From a virus: a stretch of DNA of 64,000 nucleotides. Shown piece after piece: positions 50,581 to 60,552 of this stretch. The DNA is taken from positions 32,001 through 96,000 of the IMG/VR virus record IMGVR_UViG_3300028800_000003; one strand, 5' to 3'. Under the pieces are notes generated by a model, which made no database searches, was not told the DNA's origin, and was given only the letters and a program-made list of their open reading frames with translations. The stretch's first letter is position 1, and each line of letters begins with the position of its first letter. The position numbers were made by a program, and so were the translations under genes.

Positions 50581-50910
50581 ATGGCTCGAATTGCCAGGAT
50601 CATGGGCGCGCTATGTATAATGTGCGCCGCGATCGCCCCATGCCACGCGGCAACGTTGGGCGATTCTGTGCTCGTCTGTCGGTCGCGAACCGTCATGGAG
50701 AAGCTGCGCGCCTATGCGGTTGCCCAGGACAACGTCGATTTTTTCCGCCTGCTCGGCGCCAGCAACGACATCTGCCAGACGCTCAATCGAGGTGACGATG
50801 CAGCCGCGGATGCCGAACAATCATCCGGCGGCTTGATCTGCGTGCGCACGCCAGACCATCCAGAATGTCGATGGGCAGACGAAAGACAGGCCGGCCAGTC
50901 TGGATTATGA
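50581..50910 (+). CDS. Small exported Cys-containing protein (moron-like)
   Basis: AAGGAG RBS, signal peptide, opposite strand within the tail operon. Confidence 0.55.
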   Translation: MARIARIMGALCIMCAAIAPCHAATLGDSVLVCRSRTVMEKLRAYAVAQDNVDFFRLLGASNDICQTLNRGDDAAADAEQSSGGLICVRTPDHPECRWADERQAGQSGL

Positions 50911-51146
50911 TCTTGTGTCCGGGTCCTCAAATTTCATTTTCTGAAAGTTGAATTTGGCACCGTCGAATCGTTGAAGGATCACGCACCAGGCAAAGCGATC
51001 CTGCCAAGTCAGCGAGAACGCAACATCAAACGGGACCCCGTATTTCACGAGCAACAGGCACTCGTTCAATTCGGGGTCCAGAATCAGATTGCGGAGCAGA
51101 GATTTCTGGCGCGCGCTGAGTTCACGCTTTTTCGCCTTTGCCATCA
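50905..51146 (-). CDS. Tail assembly chaperone second ORF (gpT-like)
   Basis: LLVKYGVPFDVAFSL...; overlaps the chaperone 3' end in another frame. Confidence 0.55.
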
Positions 51147-51517
51147 TCCGACTCGTCGTCTTCGTCGCCAGCATTGGCAGTGCCGAAGTCATCGATCCAT
51201 GCCGAGGCAACGGCAGCGAGGCCTGCATCATCCAACTCGGCAATCAACGTATCGAGCTGCCGCTCGGTGTTGACGATCTGTGGCCGGCCGTCGATTTCCT
51301 TTACCGACATCGCCAGCATCAGTTCGTTCACCAGACGCTGATTGAGTGAGGACTCCGGCCCGATCATCTTGAACAGACGAATGCGCATCAGCGCGTTCGG
51401 CCGCACAACTCCGATCTTGCGTTTCATGGAATCCGTTTTGTAGACGATGGCATTGGCGGAATTGACGACGCTTTCGGTCGGCGTTTCAGCAACGCGCATG
51501 GCTGCTCGTTGAGCCAT
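51122..51517 (-). CDS. Tail assembly chaperone
   Basis: Between tube and tape measure; GGAGG RBS. Confidence 0.65.
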   Translation of the reverse strand: MAQRAAMRVAETPTESVVNSANAIVYKTDSMKRKIGVVRPNALMRIRLFKMIGPESSLNQRLVNELMLAMSVKEIDGRPQIVNTERQLDTLIAELDDAGLAAVASAWIDDFGTANAGDEDDESDDGKGEKA

Positions 51518-51547
51518 TATAGTACCTCCTAATTTTCAGTAATTGGA

Positions 51548-52009
51548 TTACGCGGCGCTCGACTGCGTAATTTTTCGCTCGCCTGCCGAGAACTCGACAC
51601 GCTGAACGATATTGCCGTCAGCCTTGTACGAGCCGGGGTCTTCAACCCAAAACATGCAACCGTTGTACTGGATGACAGTCTGGTTGCCGTTCTCCTCGGT
51701 GATCGTTTCTGTCACGATGCCAGACGCCGTATTGGTGCCCTGCCAGAAATTTCCTTCGATCGTGGCCTGATAGGTGTCGAGCGTCGCATCCATGCGGTCC
51801 ACCTCGATCGTGCCTTTCCAGCCGTCAGGCATGTAGATCGGCTGCGGTGGCGAATTAAGCGGACGCGCCCAAACCTCTTTCTTCATCGGCTTGGCGTCGA
51901 AGCTCGTGATTTGGTCGGGCGGAATGACCGTGCCGCCAACCCCGTTGCCGGTGGGGCTGTTCATCACGATCTGAACGTCACGACCTACGGTATACCCATT
52001 GACCGGCAT
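51548..52009 (-). CDS. Tail tube protein
   Basis: MPVNGYTVGRD...GWKGT...R...ITETITE.NG; after the sheath. Confidence 0.75.
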   Translation of the reverse strand: MPVNGYTVGRDVQIVMNSPTGNGVGGTVIPPDQITSFDAKPMKKEVWARPLNSPPQPIYMPDGWKGTIEVDRMDATLDTYQATIEGNFWQGTNTASGIVTETITEENGNQTVIQYNGCMFWVEDPGSYKADGNIVQRVEFSAGERKITQSSAA

Positions 52010-52066
52010 ACAACTTCTCCTAACAATAGATTGAAAACCGGCCGAGCAATCCCAAAATACGGGTAT

Positions 52067-52651
52067 ATGCGGGCGGTCGAAATGATTGGGCGAAAATTCG
52101 GAAGGCTAACCGTATTCTCGGAAGCCATGAAAAGGCGCGATCAGAATACAGGGCGGTCGCGCCGATTTTTCTTCTGTGAATGCGAATGTGGCACGGTAAT
52201 AACCGCGCGCGGCTCAGATTTAAGTTCGGCAAACACTACTAGCTGCGGATGCGCTCAGATTGAGAGTGTCATCAAAAAGAACACCAAGCACGGTTTAACA
52301 CCACGCCGTAAAATCAATGCCAAGAAATGGCCTGCGCCTTACCAACTTTGGGCCAACATGAAAGATCGTTGCAATAATCCCAACCACAAATCCTACAAGG
52401 ATTACGGCGGGCGCGGCATCAAAGTCTGCGAACGCTGGTCAAATGGCGAAGACGGATTGAGCGGCTACGAGTGCTTTATCCTCGATGTCGGCAAGCGACC
52501 ATCGAACAAACATTCGATTGACCGCTATCCAGACAACGATGGCGATTATGGCCCGCACAATTTCCGATGGGCTACACGCTTTCAACAAAACACGAACCAG
52601 CGACGGAAGACTCCGAAGCTGGTTCATGCAGGTGTCAGAGTTTTGCCTTAG
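52067..52651 (+). CDS. HNH homing endonuclease
   Basis: GRKFGRLTV...CECECG...SCGC...W.NMKDRC.N...YGGRGIKVCERW...SIDR..DNDGDY.P.N.RWAT..QQ..N. Confidence 0.85.
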   Translation: MRAVEMIGRKFGRLTVFSEAMKRRDQNTGRSRRFFFCECECGTVITARGSDLSSANTTSCGCAQIESVIKKNTKHGLTPRRKINAKKWPAPYQLWANMKDRCNNPNHKSYKDYGGRGIKVCERWSNGEDGLSGYECFILDVGKRPSNKHSIDRYPDNDGDYGPHNFRWATRFQQNTNQRRKTPKLVHAGVRVLP

Positions 52652-54699
52652 CCGGTGATGACGCCGTTGTTGTTGCTGAACCCAGGCGAGGTGGCGCCGG
52701 TTGGCAACTGCGACGTGATGGTGACGGTCTGGCCGCCTTCCAGGTCGACGATGAAATAACGAATCACCGACAGATAGATCACCTTGCAGTATGCGATCTG
52801 GTAACCAAGGGCCACCAGCGTCTGCGGATTGTCGGAGTCGTTCAACACGACCTGATAGCAGGGCGAGCCGTCGGCGGTGCCGATCAGACCCAGCGCTTCC
52901 ATGTTGGCGAAGAATGCCGCCAGCGTGGTCATGGCCTGCAAACGCTCGGTCGGCGTTTGCAATTGGCCAACGTAGCTGCCGCAACCCTGGGCGATCGAAC
53001 GCGCGATGAAATAAGTCATGCGCGTGTAATTGTCGCCATTGACCGCGAGATTGCTCGACGTATTAATGCCAAGCCGCAGCGCGAAATACGTACCGCCCGG
53101 ATTCGGATTGCAGATCACGTCGATGCCGGCCGCAGACAACGCCTGGAGATCGGCGTTGGTGTATTGGATTCCGGTCTTCGATTTCTGCGTGCCGACGATG
53201 CCGTTCATCGGCTTGTTCATCGGCGTCTGCGACGGGTCCTGGTTGCCCATGAAGCCAGCCACGAAGCCCTGCGGCGAGATCATGCGCTGGGCACCGGTGA
53301 CCGGATCATTGATGTAGCACCAGTCTCCAAACATCAGCTTGAAGGTGAAGTTGTCGATGCCGAACGAGGCCTTGGAGCCCTCAGTGCTGGTCTCGGTGGT
53401 CAGATTTGCGGCATTCGGCAAAGTGCCGATCATGTAGATGCCTTCCGAGGAACCGAACGCGACCTGTGCAGACCACGTCGTGGCATCGTCGCAATCGACC
53501 AGCGCGGCAATCGAGATCAAAGCCGACCGCATCGCATACATGCCGGTGCGCGGCAGCGCGTCCTGGCCAACCAGGGCCGGCGTGCCACTCTGCCCGATCG
53601 AGGCCGGATTGGCGCCATCGGTGCCGCCGGACAGCGTGTAACCGGTTGCCGTAGGCGTCGATGTGCCGCCACCCGCGGTCGCGGAAACGAACTGCGACGG
53701 ACCACGAAGACCAGACTGGCCATTGTTGATGGCATTGGCGATGTTAGTCCAATACGCGGTGGACGCGGTGATCGTACCAGCGCTGCCCGTGCCGCCGACG
53801 ATCGTCACGTTTGGCGCGTCGCCGAAATAGCCGGAGCCGCCAGTGACCAGGATAGGCTGACCCAGTCCCCAGCCAGTCGGCGTGAGCTTTGCGCCAGTGC
53901 CGGCGCCAGTCGTCGAGGTCTGCGACATCGCGCCGGTCGGCGCAGTCTCGCCCGCCGGCACAGAGCCGGCATTGGTGACACTATAGGTGGCGATGGCGCC
54001 GGTGGTGACCGTCTCGACGGCAATTTCGACGCCGTTGGCAAACACGACATGGTCGCCAACCGCATAGCCCGTCATCGTGCCGCTGATAGTGCCGATGCCG
54101 GTCATTGTCAGTTGCGGATACGCGACAGCCTGCACGCCATTCGGCAGCGTCGGCGCGTCGATCGTGAGCAGATCGGGGCACGCCGTGTAGTTACCGGCGG
54201 TGACCGAGAAACCGACAACGCCTTCGGAGATGCTGTCGAACACCTCCGGCACCTGGCCGGGCATTGCCACGACCGCGCGCATGGTGTTTAGCTGCGAACC
54301 GGCGCCGAGCGAGAAATTGATGTTGTTGCCGCGCGTGCCGCTGTAGAGACCATTGACCGTCAGACAATTGGTCTGGATCACAACGGACGCGGCCGTGTCG
54401 GTGCCGTCGGTGACGCGCACCAGCCGGAACGCCTGCGCGCCCTGGAGCGTCGCCGCCCAAGTTGCCGTCATCAGGTCATACTTGCGCGGATTCGGCAGAC
54501 CGAACTGCACGACGCCGCCCTGATAACCACCGACAACCTGCGGGACGTTGGTCGGACCCCAGCTTGCGGTGCCGACGAAGCCGACGATGTTGCTCGGGAC
54601 CCCGTTGATCAAAAGCTGCGGCGGGATGATCTGGACGATCAGATCAGGCACATTCAGCGCAGCGAGATTGATCTGGCCCTCTTGGACAATCTGAGGCAT
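52648..54699 (-). CDS. Contractile tail sheath protein
   Basis: P.L.VQIIPP...G.VGTASWGP.N...VRVTDGTD...LSGGTDG...DNYTRMT.FIA. Confidence 0.85.
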   Translation of the reverse strand: MPQIVQEGQINLAALNVPDLIVQIIPPQLLINGVPSNIVGFVGTASWGPTNVPQVVGGYQGGVVQFGLPNPRKYDLMTATWAATLQGAQAFRLVRVTDGTDTAASVVIQTNCLTVNGLYSGTRGNNINFSLGAGSQLNTMRAVVAMPGQVPEVFDSISEGVVGFSVTAGNYTACPDLLTIDAPTLPNGVQAVAYPQLTMTGIGTISGTMTGYAVGDHVVFANGVEIAVETVTTGAIATYSVTNAGSVPAGETAPTGAMSQTSTTGAGTGAKLTPTGWGLGQPILVTGGSGYFGDAPNVTIVGGTGSAGTITASTAYWTNIANAINNGQSGLRGPSQFVSATAGGGTSTPTATGYTLSGGTDGANPASIGQSGTPALVGQDALPRTGMYAMRSALISIAALVDCDDATTWSAQVAFGSSEGIYMIGTLPNAANLTTETSTEGSKASFGIDNFTFKLMFGDWCYINDPVTGAQRMISPQGFVAGFMGNQDPSQTPMNKPMNGIVGTQKSKTGIQYTNADLQALSAAGIDVICNPNPGGTYFALRLGINTSSNLAVNGDNYTRMTYFIARSIAQGCGSYVGQLQTPTERLQAMTTLAAFFANMEALGLIGTADGSPCYQVVLNDSDNPQTLVALGYQIAYCKVIYLSVIRYFIVDLEGGQTVTITSQLPTGATSPGFSNNNGVITG

Positions 54700-54773
54700 T
54701 GAAAAATTTCCCTCGGAAAATGAAAAAGGCGCCGAAACGGCGCCAGTAATTGAAAAATCAGGAACGAGACTCG

Positions 54774-55034
54774 TTATTCAGCGACGCGGATCACGTCGAA
54801 GCGAAGATCGGGCGGCTTGCTCACCAAGTCTTCTTTGTTGGTGCTCGGAATGAACTTGAAACCGGCGTCCTTGGCCATGTCGTAGATGTCTGGGCAATGG
54901 CGATCGACCAGGTCTTTCAGTGTGTCGCTGTAATAGACATTCTGACCGACCGTCGCGAATTGCAGCCGCGTCGACAGCTTTGTCAGTAACTCCATATCGC
55001 ACTGAATAATCGCCGGGCGCTTTGCCTCCACCAT
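54774..55034 (-). CDS. Hypothetical protein
   Basis: 86 aa, AGGAG RBS. Confidence 0.5.
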   Translation of the reverse strand: MVEAKRPAIIQCDMELLTKLSTRLQFATVGQNVYYSDTLKDLVDRHCPDIYDMAKDAGFKFIPSTNKEDLVSKPPDLRFDVIRVAE

Positions 55035-55039
55035 GGCGT

Positions 55040-55261
55040 TTACTCCTGGCCAGCCAAGGCGCCAGACAGCTTGCGCTTATCTGCCAGTTCGGCATCGCTG
55101 CGGAAAAAATCGCCGCTGGCGTGCTCGGGCTTCTCAATGACGCGCACAACGCTGTGGCGATGCGGGCCGCGGCGCAGCTTTGCGACCAACGCCTGATCGG
55201 TGATGATCTGGCCCTTGGCGTATGACTCGAATGGCTGGGAGACAACAAGATGGATTTTCAC
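55040..55261 (-). CDS. Hypothetical virion-associated protein
   Basis: LVV.QPF..Y.KGQ.ITD motif. Confidence 0.55.
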   Translation of the reverse strand: MKIHLVVSQPFESYAKGQIITDQALVAKLRRGPHRHSVVRVIEKPEHASGDFFRSDAELADKRKLSGALAGQE

Positions 55262-55275
55262 GGGCGTGATCCTTG

Positions 55276-56202
55276 TTAGGAATTGGTTGTCAGCGTCGGC
55301 GCATTGGACGGCACCGGAAGTTTTCCGGTGGGCGACACGGCGGCCTGGACTTGCTGTTGAGCAGCGCCAATCTCGTGAGCCGTCATGGCTACGGTCTCGG
55401 CAAATTCGATCTGGAAAAACAGGTCGCGCCGATAAAGACCTTGGGATTGCGCCGTATCGAGAGTGACTGTCCGCTCATAGCGGATCATGGCCCAGACGCC
55501 ATCAATCATTGAGATGCGGTTGAGATTGCGTAGTGGCGGGCTGATGATCTTGGAAACGGCAGTGCGCCAGGTGTCGGCGTCTTGATCGGCCACGTTGCAC
55601 GGAGGTGACCAGATCGTGATCTGGAATTCCTTGCATTGCTGGCCGACGATTTGAATGGCGGTTCCTGCGGCCGTAACACGCGCTTCAACCGGAAGCGTGC
55701 TGTTGACGGTAATGACGGCGCCGCTTGATGTCGTGCCTGCGAATGATCCCGCAATGAGCGCAGCGAGTCCGCTGGCGATGGAATTGACTGTGTCGGCCGG
55801 CTGCACGGCATAGGAAAAGGCCTGCACATCCGCAGACCCGCCGACCAGCGCAATGACGTTCTGCGGTGTCGCTGTCGTGCCGGCGATAGTGATCTGATTT
55901 TTCTGCGAACCGCCAACCGTCGCCGTCAACGTATGGACAGGCGCCACGGATGGAATCCAGGAAAGCGGCTTGCGCGTGGTGTTGCGTTCAACGCCAATGC
56001 GCGTGCAGACTGAAACGATGACCAATCCTGGCATCCCGGATGCGGACTGGCTGTTAGCGAGAGTGAAATCTGCCGTCGTTGGCCAGCCGCGAGCGACCTG
56101 GCACGGCACGCCGGCCGCGCACGACTGACCGGTGCCGTTCGGATACAGATAGCCGATGATCATCGATTTGAGCGTATTCTCGACATCAGTTTCGTCGCAC
56201 AT
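55276..56202 (-). CDS. Tail completion/neck protein
   Basis: D..DVE..L......LYPNG...RGWP...LYRRDL; position upstream of the sheath. Confidence 0.6.
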   Translation of the reverse strand: MCDETDVENTLKSMIIGYLYPNGTGQSCAAGVPCQVARGWPTTADFTLANSQSASGMPGLVIVSVCTRIGVERNTTRKPLSWIPSVAPVHTLTATVGGSQKNQITIAGTTATPQNVIALVGGSADVQAFSYAVQPADTVNSIASGLAALIAGSFAGTTSSGAVITVNSTLPVEARVTAAGTAIQIVGQQCKEFQITIWSPPCNVADQDADTWRTAVSKIISPPLRNLNRISMIDGVWAMIRYERTVTLDTAQSQGLYRRDLFFQIEFAETVAMTAHEIGAAQQQVQAAVSPTGKLPVPSNAPTLTTNS

Positions 56203-56211
56203 TGAGCAACC

Positions 56212-56580
56212 TCAGATGTCGAGCAATTCGACCTGCAATTCGTATCCCAGCAATTGAAAGTCTGGAGCGGCGACGCGATAGCGCAGACCGACATCGTCAG
56301 TGACGATGTCGCCATAGGTGATTGATCCGCACGGAGCATTCGCGGCAGGAATCGTGATCAGATAACGTGAGCCGCGAGCATCGGTCGGCAAATCCGCTGG
56401 ATTGCGCAGATTTGAGCCTCTGTAGGAAACATTGGCCGGGACGTTGGCGATGATGACGGTTTCGCCTGTCACCGGCGCGTCGCCACGAAAGCCGACATCG
56501 CCGACCTGCGGGGTATTACCGCTGGCGGCCGTCTTCATACGGCTGACAGAAACGGTGCGCGGATAGAGCAAATTCACCAT
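56212..56580 (-). CDS. Head closure-like protein
   Basis: LYPRTVSVSR...I..GDIVTDD.G.RY.V. Confidence 0.6.
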   Translation of the reverse strand: MVNLLYPRTVSVSRMKTAASGNTPQVGDVGFRGDAPVTGETVIIANVPANVSYRGSNLRNPADLPTDARGSRYLITIPAANAPCGSITYGDIVTDDVGLRYRVAAPDFQLLGYELQVELLDI

Positions 56581-56598
56581 CCGCGCACCTGTCTTGAT

Positions 56599-57324
56599 TT
56601 ATTTATGGAAGTAGCCGAGCAGCCAAGAAAGGCCAGGAACATGCCACGTCGTGGCGGTATCGTTCGGTGCGATCTGCGGGACGATGACCGAGTCTGTCGC
56701 ATCTGCTGGGATTGCGAACGGCACGAAATCGCCGAAATCGCCGTTGGCGACGTGGGTGGTGTCTGGATCGACATCGAGGCCGGCGACCTCGCGATCGGTC
56801 AACTGCCGCAGCTCGTAATTGCCGTTGGAGAGCGCATCCTTGCTACCGCGGAAGCCGCTCGACATGGTCAGCCAGCGATACTTGATCAGGCCGCGAGAAA
56901 AGAGCGTCGAGCACACATAACCAGACGCATATGCGCCGAGCGTGTAATAGCCACCGAGCGCTTCGCCGAACGCGCGGAAATAGTCGACGATGGCGAGGAT
57001 GTCGGCTGGACCGGCGTCAAAGTCGACCGTGAGATAGATCGCGGCGCCCTTTGGCGCGCCTAGCGTCTTGGCATAAGCCAGCGCCCACAGACCATTTTCG
57101 CGGCCACGCGCGGCGCCGAGCGTCGCCTCTTTCGCGCCACCCTCGTAGATCAGAAAGACGCGCTTATTGACAGCGGCAATGGCTTTCGCCTCTGCCGGCT
57201 TGATCACCTTGGCCTCACCTTCAAGGCCGCGGGCGATGTATCGGCCGAACGATTCCGTCCCGGCCGCCACGAAACGTGACAGCCGGGGCGTGACATCGTA
57301 GTTGGTGTCGATGATCGAGAACAT
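56599..57324 (-). CDS. DUF1906 glycoside hydrolase (GH25-like muramidase)
   Basis: GRYI...K.I...EA..I......LIYE...A..LGAP.GAAIY..VDFD...YF......LG.Y.SG. Confidence 0.75.
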   Translation of the reverse strand: MFSIIDTNYDVTPRLSRFVAAGTESFGRYIARGLEGEAKVIKPAEAKAIAAVNKRVFLIYEGGAKEATLGAARGRENGLWALAYAKTLGAPKGAAIYLTVDFDAGPADILAIVDYFRAFGEALGGYYTLGAYASGYVCSTLFSRGLIKYRWLTMSSGFRGSKDALSNGNYELRQLTDREVAGLDVDPDTTHVANGDFGDFVPFAIPADATDSVIVPQIAPNDTATTWHVPGLSWLLGYFHK

Positions 57325-57725
57325 TACGCAGCCTTGGCCGGAGCCGCTGCGGTGGCAGCGACCGCAGCGGCCGTCGAGGCGGCAGCAGCCGCTTGTTTGG
57401 CAGCGACATAGCCGGCGACGACCGCCTGCGCGTTGGAATTGCCGGCCTTCACGTTGGCGGCGAACACGTTGAGGGCAGCGACCGCGACGTTGGCGGCGTT
57501 GATGGAGGCCTGCACCGACGGCGTCAGAATGCCGGCCTGCTCGACCAGCGACACGACGGTCTGGATGTCGGCCGTAATGCTCGGCGCGTTGGCGGCGATC
57601 CATTTCAGCGCAGCGGCTATTTCCGCCTCTGCGACCGCAGCGCCCTGTTTGACCTTGGCGATGATGGCGACAACATCGGCCTCGGTGGTCTCGAAAATCG
57701 CTTCGACGCTGGAAAGAAAGCTCAT
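57324..57725 (-). CDS. Ala-rich hypothetical protein
   Basis: GGAGGAG RBS; translationally coupled to the DUF1906 gene. Confidence 0.6.
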   Translation of the reverse strand: MSFLSSVEAIFETTEADVVAIIAKVKQGAAVAEAEIAAALKWIAANAPSITADIQTVVSLVEQAGILTPSVQASINAANVAVAALNVFAANVKAGNSNAQAVVAGYVAAKQAAAAASTAAAVAATAAAPAKAA

Positions 57726-57797
57726 TGGATAACTCCTCCTGGAAAATAAAAAAGCCGCCCGTCGGGGCGGCTTCGAGAATGGAAATCTGATCTGCGA

Positions 57798-58733
57798 TCA
57801 GATGAACTGTAGACAACGGAAATTGTCGATCATGCGTTTTGTGTCGGCGTCAATCGCCGTCGGGGCGAAACGGGTGATTTCCGTGGTGCCGGTCTTGACC
57901 GTCTTCAACTGGCCTTGCAGCACCGTATTGGATGCTATCGAGTTGACCACGTTAGCCGTGGCCATTTTGATCATTGACGGCAACGCAGCCTGCGAATATC
58001 CGCAGACGTAATAGAGGCGCACCGAAGAAAAGTATTGCAGCAATTCGCCAGCCGGGACCCAAATCTCGCGAGCGGTGGTTGTCACCAATGTGTTCTTGGT
58101 GTCGAACGGAATCCACATCGGCGGCCCGCCGAATTCCTGAATCACCGCCAACAGATTGATGTCGGTATAGAGCCCCTGATCCTGACTGGTGCGACGGCCA
58201 TAGCCGTATCGGCCGAGGCCGGACATCAATCGCACGATCGGACGCGACACGCGTGCCAACGAACGTTCGTCCGGGAGCTGTCGTTCCTCGAAAACGGTCA
58301 TGCCGAAATCGATCGTGCAATTCGCGGCGTGCGTGTTGGCGACGCTTGTCAGAATGATGACGCCACCAGGCGCAATCGCTTGAACGGTGCAGGCTTCGGC
58401 AAGGTTGGCCGTGCCAATGTCGAGGATGACGACGCTGCCGATTACGTCGTCATTGAGCAATTGCGCTGGCGCCAGTTGGACACTGACTGCGTTGCCGGGA
58501 TTGATGCCGGCGGGAGCCTTCAAGGTCGCGCGCGGCACGCCAGGCGGCTGCGGACAGTCGCCAAGCATGTAGGCCGGCTGGCCCAGATAATCGACGCCGT
58601 AGACCAGTCCTTCGGGCCGGTTGAGATATGAGTCGATCACCAGTGATGCCTGGATGATCTGCGCGGTGGTCGTGCTCGATGGCAGACCGTATGTCGTAAG
58701 ATCATCTGGAGGTGTCAGATACTGTGAGGGCAT
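57798..58733 (-). CDS. Head-tail adaptor-like protein
   Basis: I.QAS..IDSY.NR...Y..GY....LP..IK.A. Confidence 0.65.
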   Translation of the reverse strand: MPSQYLTPPDDLTTYGLPSSTTTAQIIQASLVIDSYLNRPEGLVYGVDYLGQPAYMLGDCPQPPGVPRATLKAPAGINPGNAVSVQLAPAQLLNDDVIGSVVILDIGTANLAEACTVQAIAPGGVIILTSVANTHAANCTIDFGMTVFEERQLPDERSLARVSRPIVRLMSGLGRYGYGRRTSQDQGLYTDINLLAVIQEFGGPPMWIPFDTKNTLVTTTAREIWVPAGELLQYFSSVRLYYVCGYSQAALPSMIKMATANVVNSIASNTVLQGQLKTVKTGTTEITRFAPTAIDADTKRMIDNFRCLQFI

Positions 58734-58745
58734 CAGCGCACCAGA

Positions 58746-59045
58746 TTAAGATGCAGCCGCAGCCGAGATTGTCCCCTCGGGATCAACGCCGAAATACTCG
58801 CCGTGCAGATTCGATCCGAGATAAGCGACGACAATCGGACTGCCGCCAGGCGGCGTATAACTGATGGTGCAGGTCGCATCGGCGACTACGCGAATGAACT
58901 GGGTCGTCTTCTGGAAAGCGGAAGACGCCGAACCGCCGATCGTGACGGTCTGCAATTTGGTATTGGCGTCGAGTTTCCCGAACGGCGGCACGCCGTTCTC
59001 GGAAATCACCAGTTCATCGAATTCGGTGACGAAGACAGAGGACAT
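58746..59045 (-). CDS. Hypothetical virion protein
   Basis: 99 aa; SSAF...T.FIRV...EYFGV. Confidence 0.55.
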   Translation of the reverse strand: MSSVFVTEFDELVISENGVPPFGKLDANTKLQTVTIGGSASSAFQKTTQFIRVVADATCTISYTPPGGSPIVVAYLGSNLHGEYFGVDPEGTISAAAAS

Positions 59046-59073
59046 TGCCGTTCCTGAAAATGGATTGTTAAGA

Positions 59074-59148
59074 TGGCTCCGGGGGCAGGACTCGAACCTG
59101 CGACCATCCGATTAACAGTCGGACGCTCTACCACTGAGCTACCCCGAA
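59074..59148 (-). tRNA. tRNA-Asn (GTT)
   Basis: TTCGGGGTAGCTCAGTGGTAGAGCGTCCGACTGTTAATCGGATGGTCGCAGGTTCGAGTCCTGCCCCCGGAGCCA: complete cloverleaf with encoded CCA. Confidence 0.95.
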
Positions 59149-59165
59149 TCGACTCCGCGGCAAGA

Positions 59166-59384
59166 TCACTTGCCGAGCAGGAGTCGGACTGTCCGTTGTT
59201 TGATGGAGAAGGTCTGGCCCGCGTAGATAGCGACCTCGCCGTCGGTCGGCTTGTCGAGGCTGTAGAGATTGCGCTCGCGATTGAGCAGCGCCTCGTATCG
59301 CTTGGCTTCGTCTTGCGTACCTCGCCCGTATAACGTCCTGGCGCCATGGGCTCGAAAGGCGTGAACGGGAGAGATAGCAGGCAT
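59166..59384 (-). CDS. Hypothetical protein
   Basis: 72 aa, abuts the upstream gene. Confidence 0.45.
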   Translation of the reverse strand: MPAISPVHAFRAHGARTLYGRGTQDEAKRYEALLNRERNLYSLDKPTDGEVAIYAGQTFSIKQRTVRLLLGK

Positions 59385-59385
59385 A

Positions 59386-60096
59386 TTAGCGGACGCGGCC
59401 AGAAATCAATGAGGCGAGACCGCCCAGCAGAGCATTGCCGCTGGCACGCACAAGCGGAGTGCGCTGCGCATGGCCGGTCTTGACCAGCCATTCGCCGAGG
59501 CGTTCATCGACACTGGCGCGGCCATGCGTAAAGACCACCTCGAACTGGCGCGGCACCGTCGTCGTGCCATCGGCCGATGGCTGTTTCCACTCGTCAGGAA
59601 CATCGTTGGCGGACACGCCACCACCGAGACCTGGGACGCCAGGAGTGACATAGAGAACGTGACGGGGATTGGCGCGTTCTTTTGCGCCAGCGAGGAAAAC
59701 AAACACTTTAGACCTCCGAGTTGACCGTATGGATTTGAGTTGATGACGCCATTCGCCGAAGCCGGCGAAGGCTCTCTCGCGCCCGGTCCAGCGCGATGAA
59801 TCAATTCCACTGGAATGCTGGGTTTCAGCGGATGCTGAAATCGGCTGACCCAGTAGAGTGGCTTTCAGTCGGTCTGTGCCCGAGACCTGTCGTGGCTTCT
59901 CTGACAGCGGCCGATAACGCCGCTGCGGCAACAGATCGAATGCAAAGCGCCAGATGTGGCGCCACTGCAATTCACCGACCGGCGCGTAATGGCGCCGTCG
60001 CCAACACAGTGTGATAGCGGCATCGTATTGACCGTCAGGCCCGATGCGGCTCGGCTTGCCGACATTCAACATGCCGAGCCAGAACTTGAAAACCAT
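59386..60096 (-). CDS. Hypothetical protein
   Basis: GGAGG RBS; C-terminal F.V.F.HG.A.V...LG.WL. Confidence 0.55.
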   Translation of the reverse strand: MVFKFWLGMLNVGKPSRIGPDGQYDAAITLCWRRRHYAPVGELQWRHIWRFAFDLLPQRRYRPLSEKPRQVSGTDRLKATLLGQPISASAETQHSSGIDSSRWTGRERAFAGFGEWRHQLKSIRSTRRSKVFVFLAGAKERANPRHVLYVTPGVPGLGGGVSANDVPDEWKQPSADGTTTVPRQFEVVFTHGRASVDERLGEWLVKTGHAQRTPLVRASGNALLGGLASLISGRVR

Positions 60097-60261
60097 GCGC
60101 GTGCCTCCACGCGGTGTGAATTGAAATGCAGGGCTTGTCCACCTGCTCCAGCGCACGGAGTCGCCTACCGGACGCAAACAGACGCCACTACCGGTGCTGC
60201 ACTACTCCCGTCCGGGGGGAGCCTCGCCCATGGGCGAGCAATTGCGACATCGCGAGATGCG

Positions 60262-60471
60262 TTACACCTTGTGCCAGTGTTCCGCCGCTTCGGCGAACCG
60301 CGCGCGCTCGGCGAGTTTCACGTTGGGAGAGTGTGCGGCCTTCTCGATCTTGGCTTCGGGAATTTTCTTCCCTTGGGCGACGCCAAGGTCTTTATGCAGC
60401 AGACCCTTGTGCGACGGCTTGATCGGGCCGCCGGGACCCCAGGCTTGCGCCTGTTCAATACGTTCGGCCAT
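60262..60471 (-). CDS. Small basic phage protein
   Basis: IKPSHKGLLHKDLGV.QGKKIP..K...A....RARFA. Confidence 0.6.
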   Translation of the reverse strand: MAERIEQAQAWGPGGPIKPSHKGLLHKDLGVAQGKKIPEAKIEKAAHSPNVKLAERARFAEAAEHWHKV

Positions 60472-60552
60472 CACGGAAATCCTTCCAAAATAAATAACAG
60501 GGAATCTGCACGGCAACAGCAACGCCGTTACCGTGCAGCCGCTTGTTAGGAA

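Noticed and set aside
52567-54291. Long + strand ORF (574 aa) and similar antisense ORFs (48562-49854, 60580-61641, 3160-4422)
   Set aside because: Shadow frames of GC-rich, codon-biased genes on the opposite strand; no motifs
56826-56839. 14-nt match (TGGAGAGCGCATCC) to array unit 6 as a self-target
   Set aside because: The match runs into the loop motif rather than the second spacer's complement, so it is plausibly chance. No convincing self-target was seen by eye, but no exhaustive search was possible
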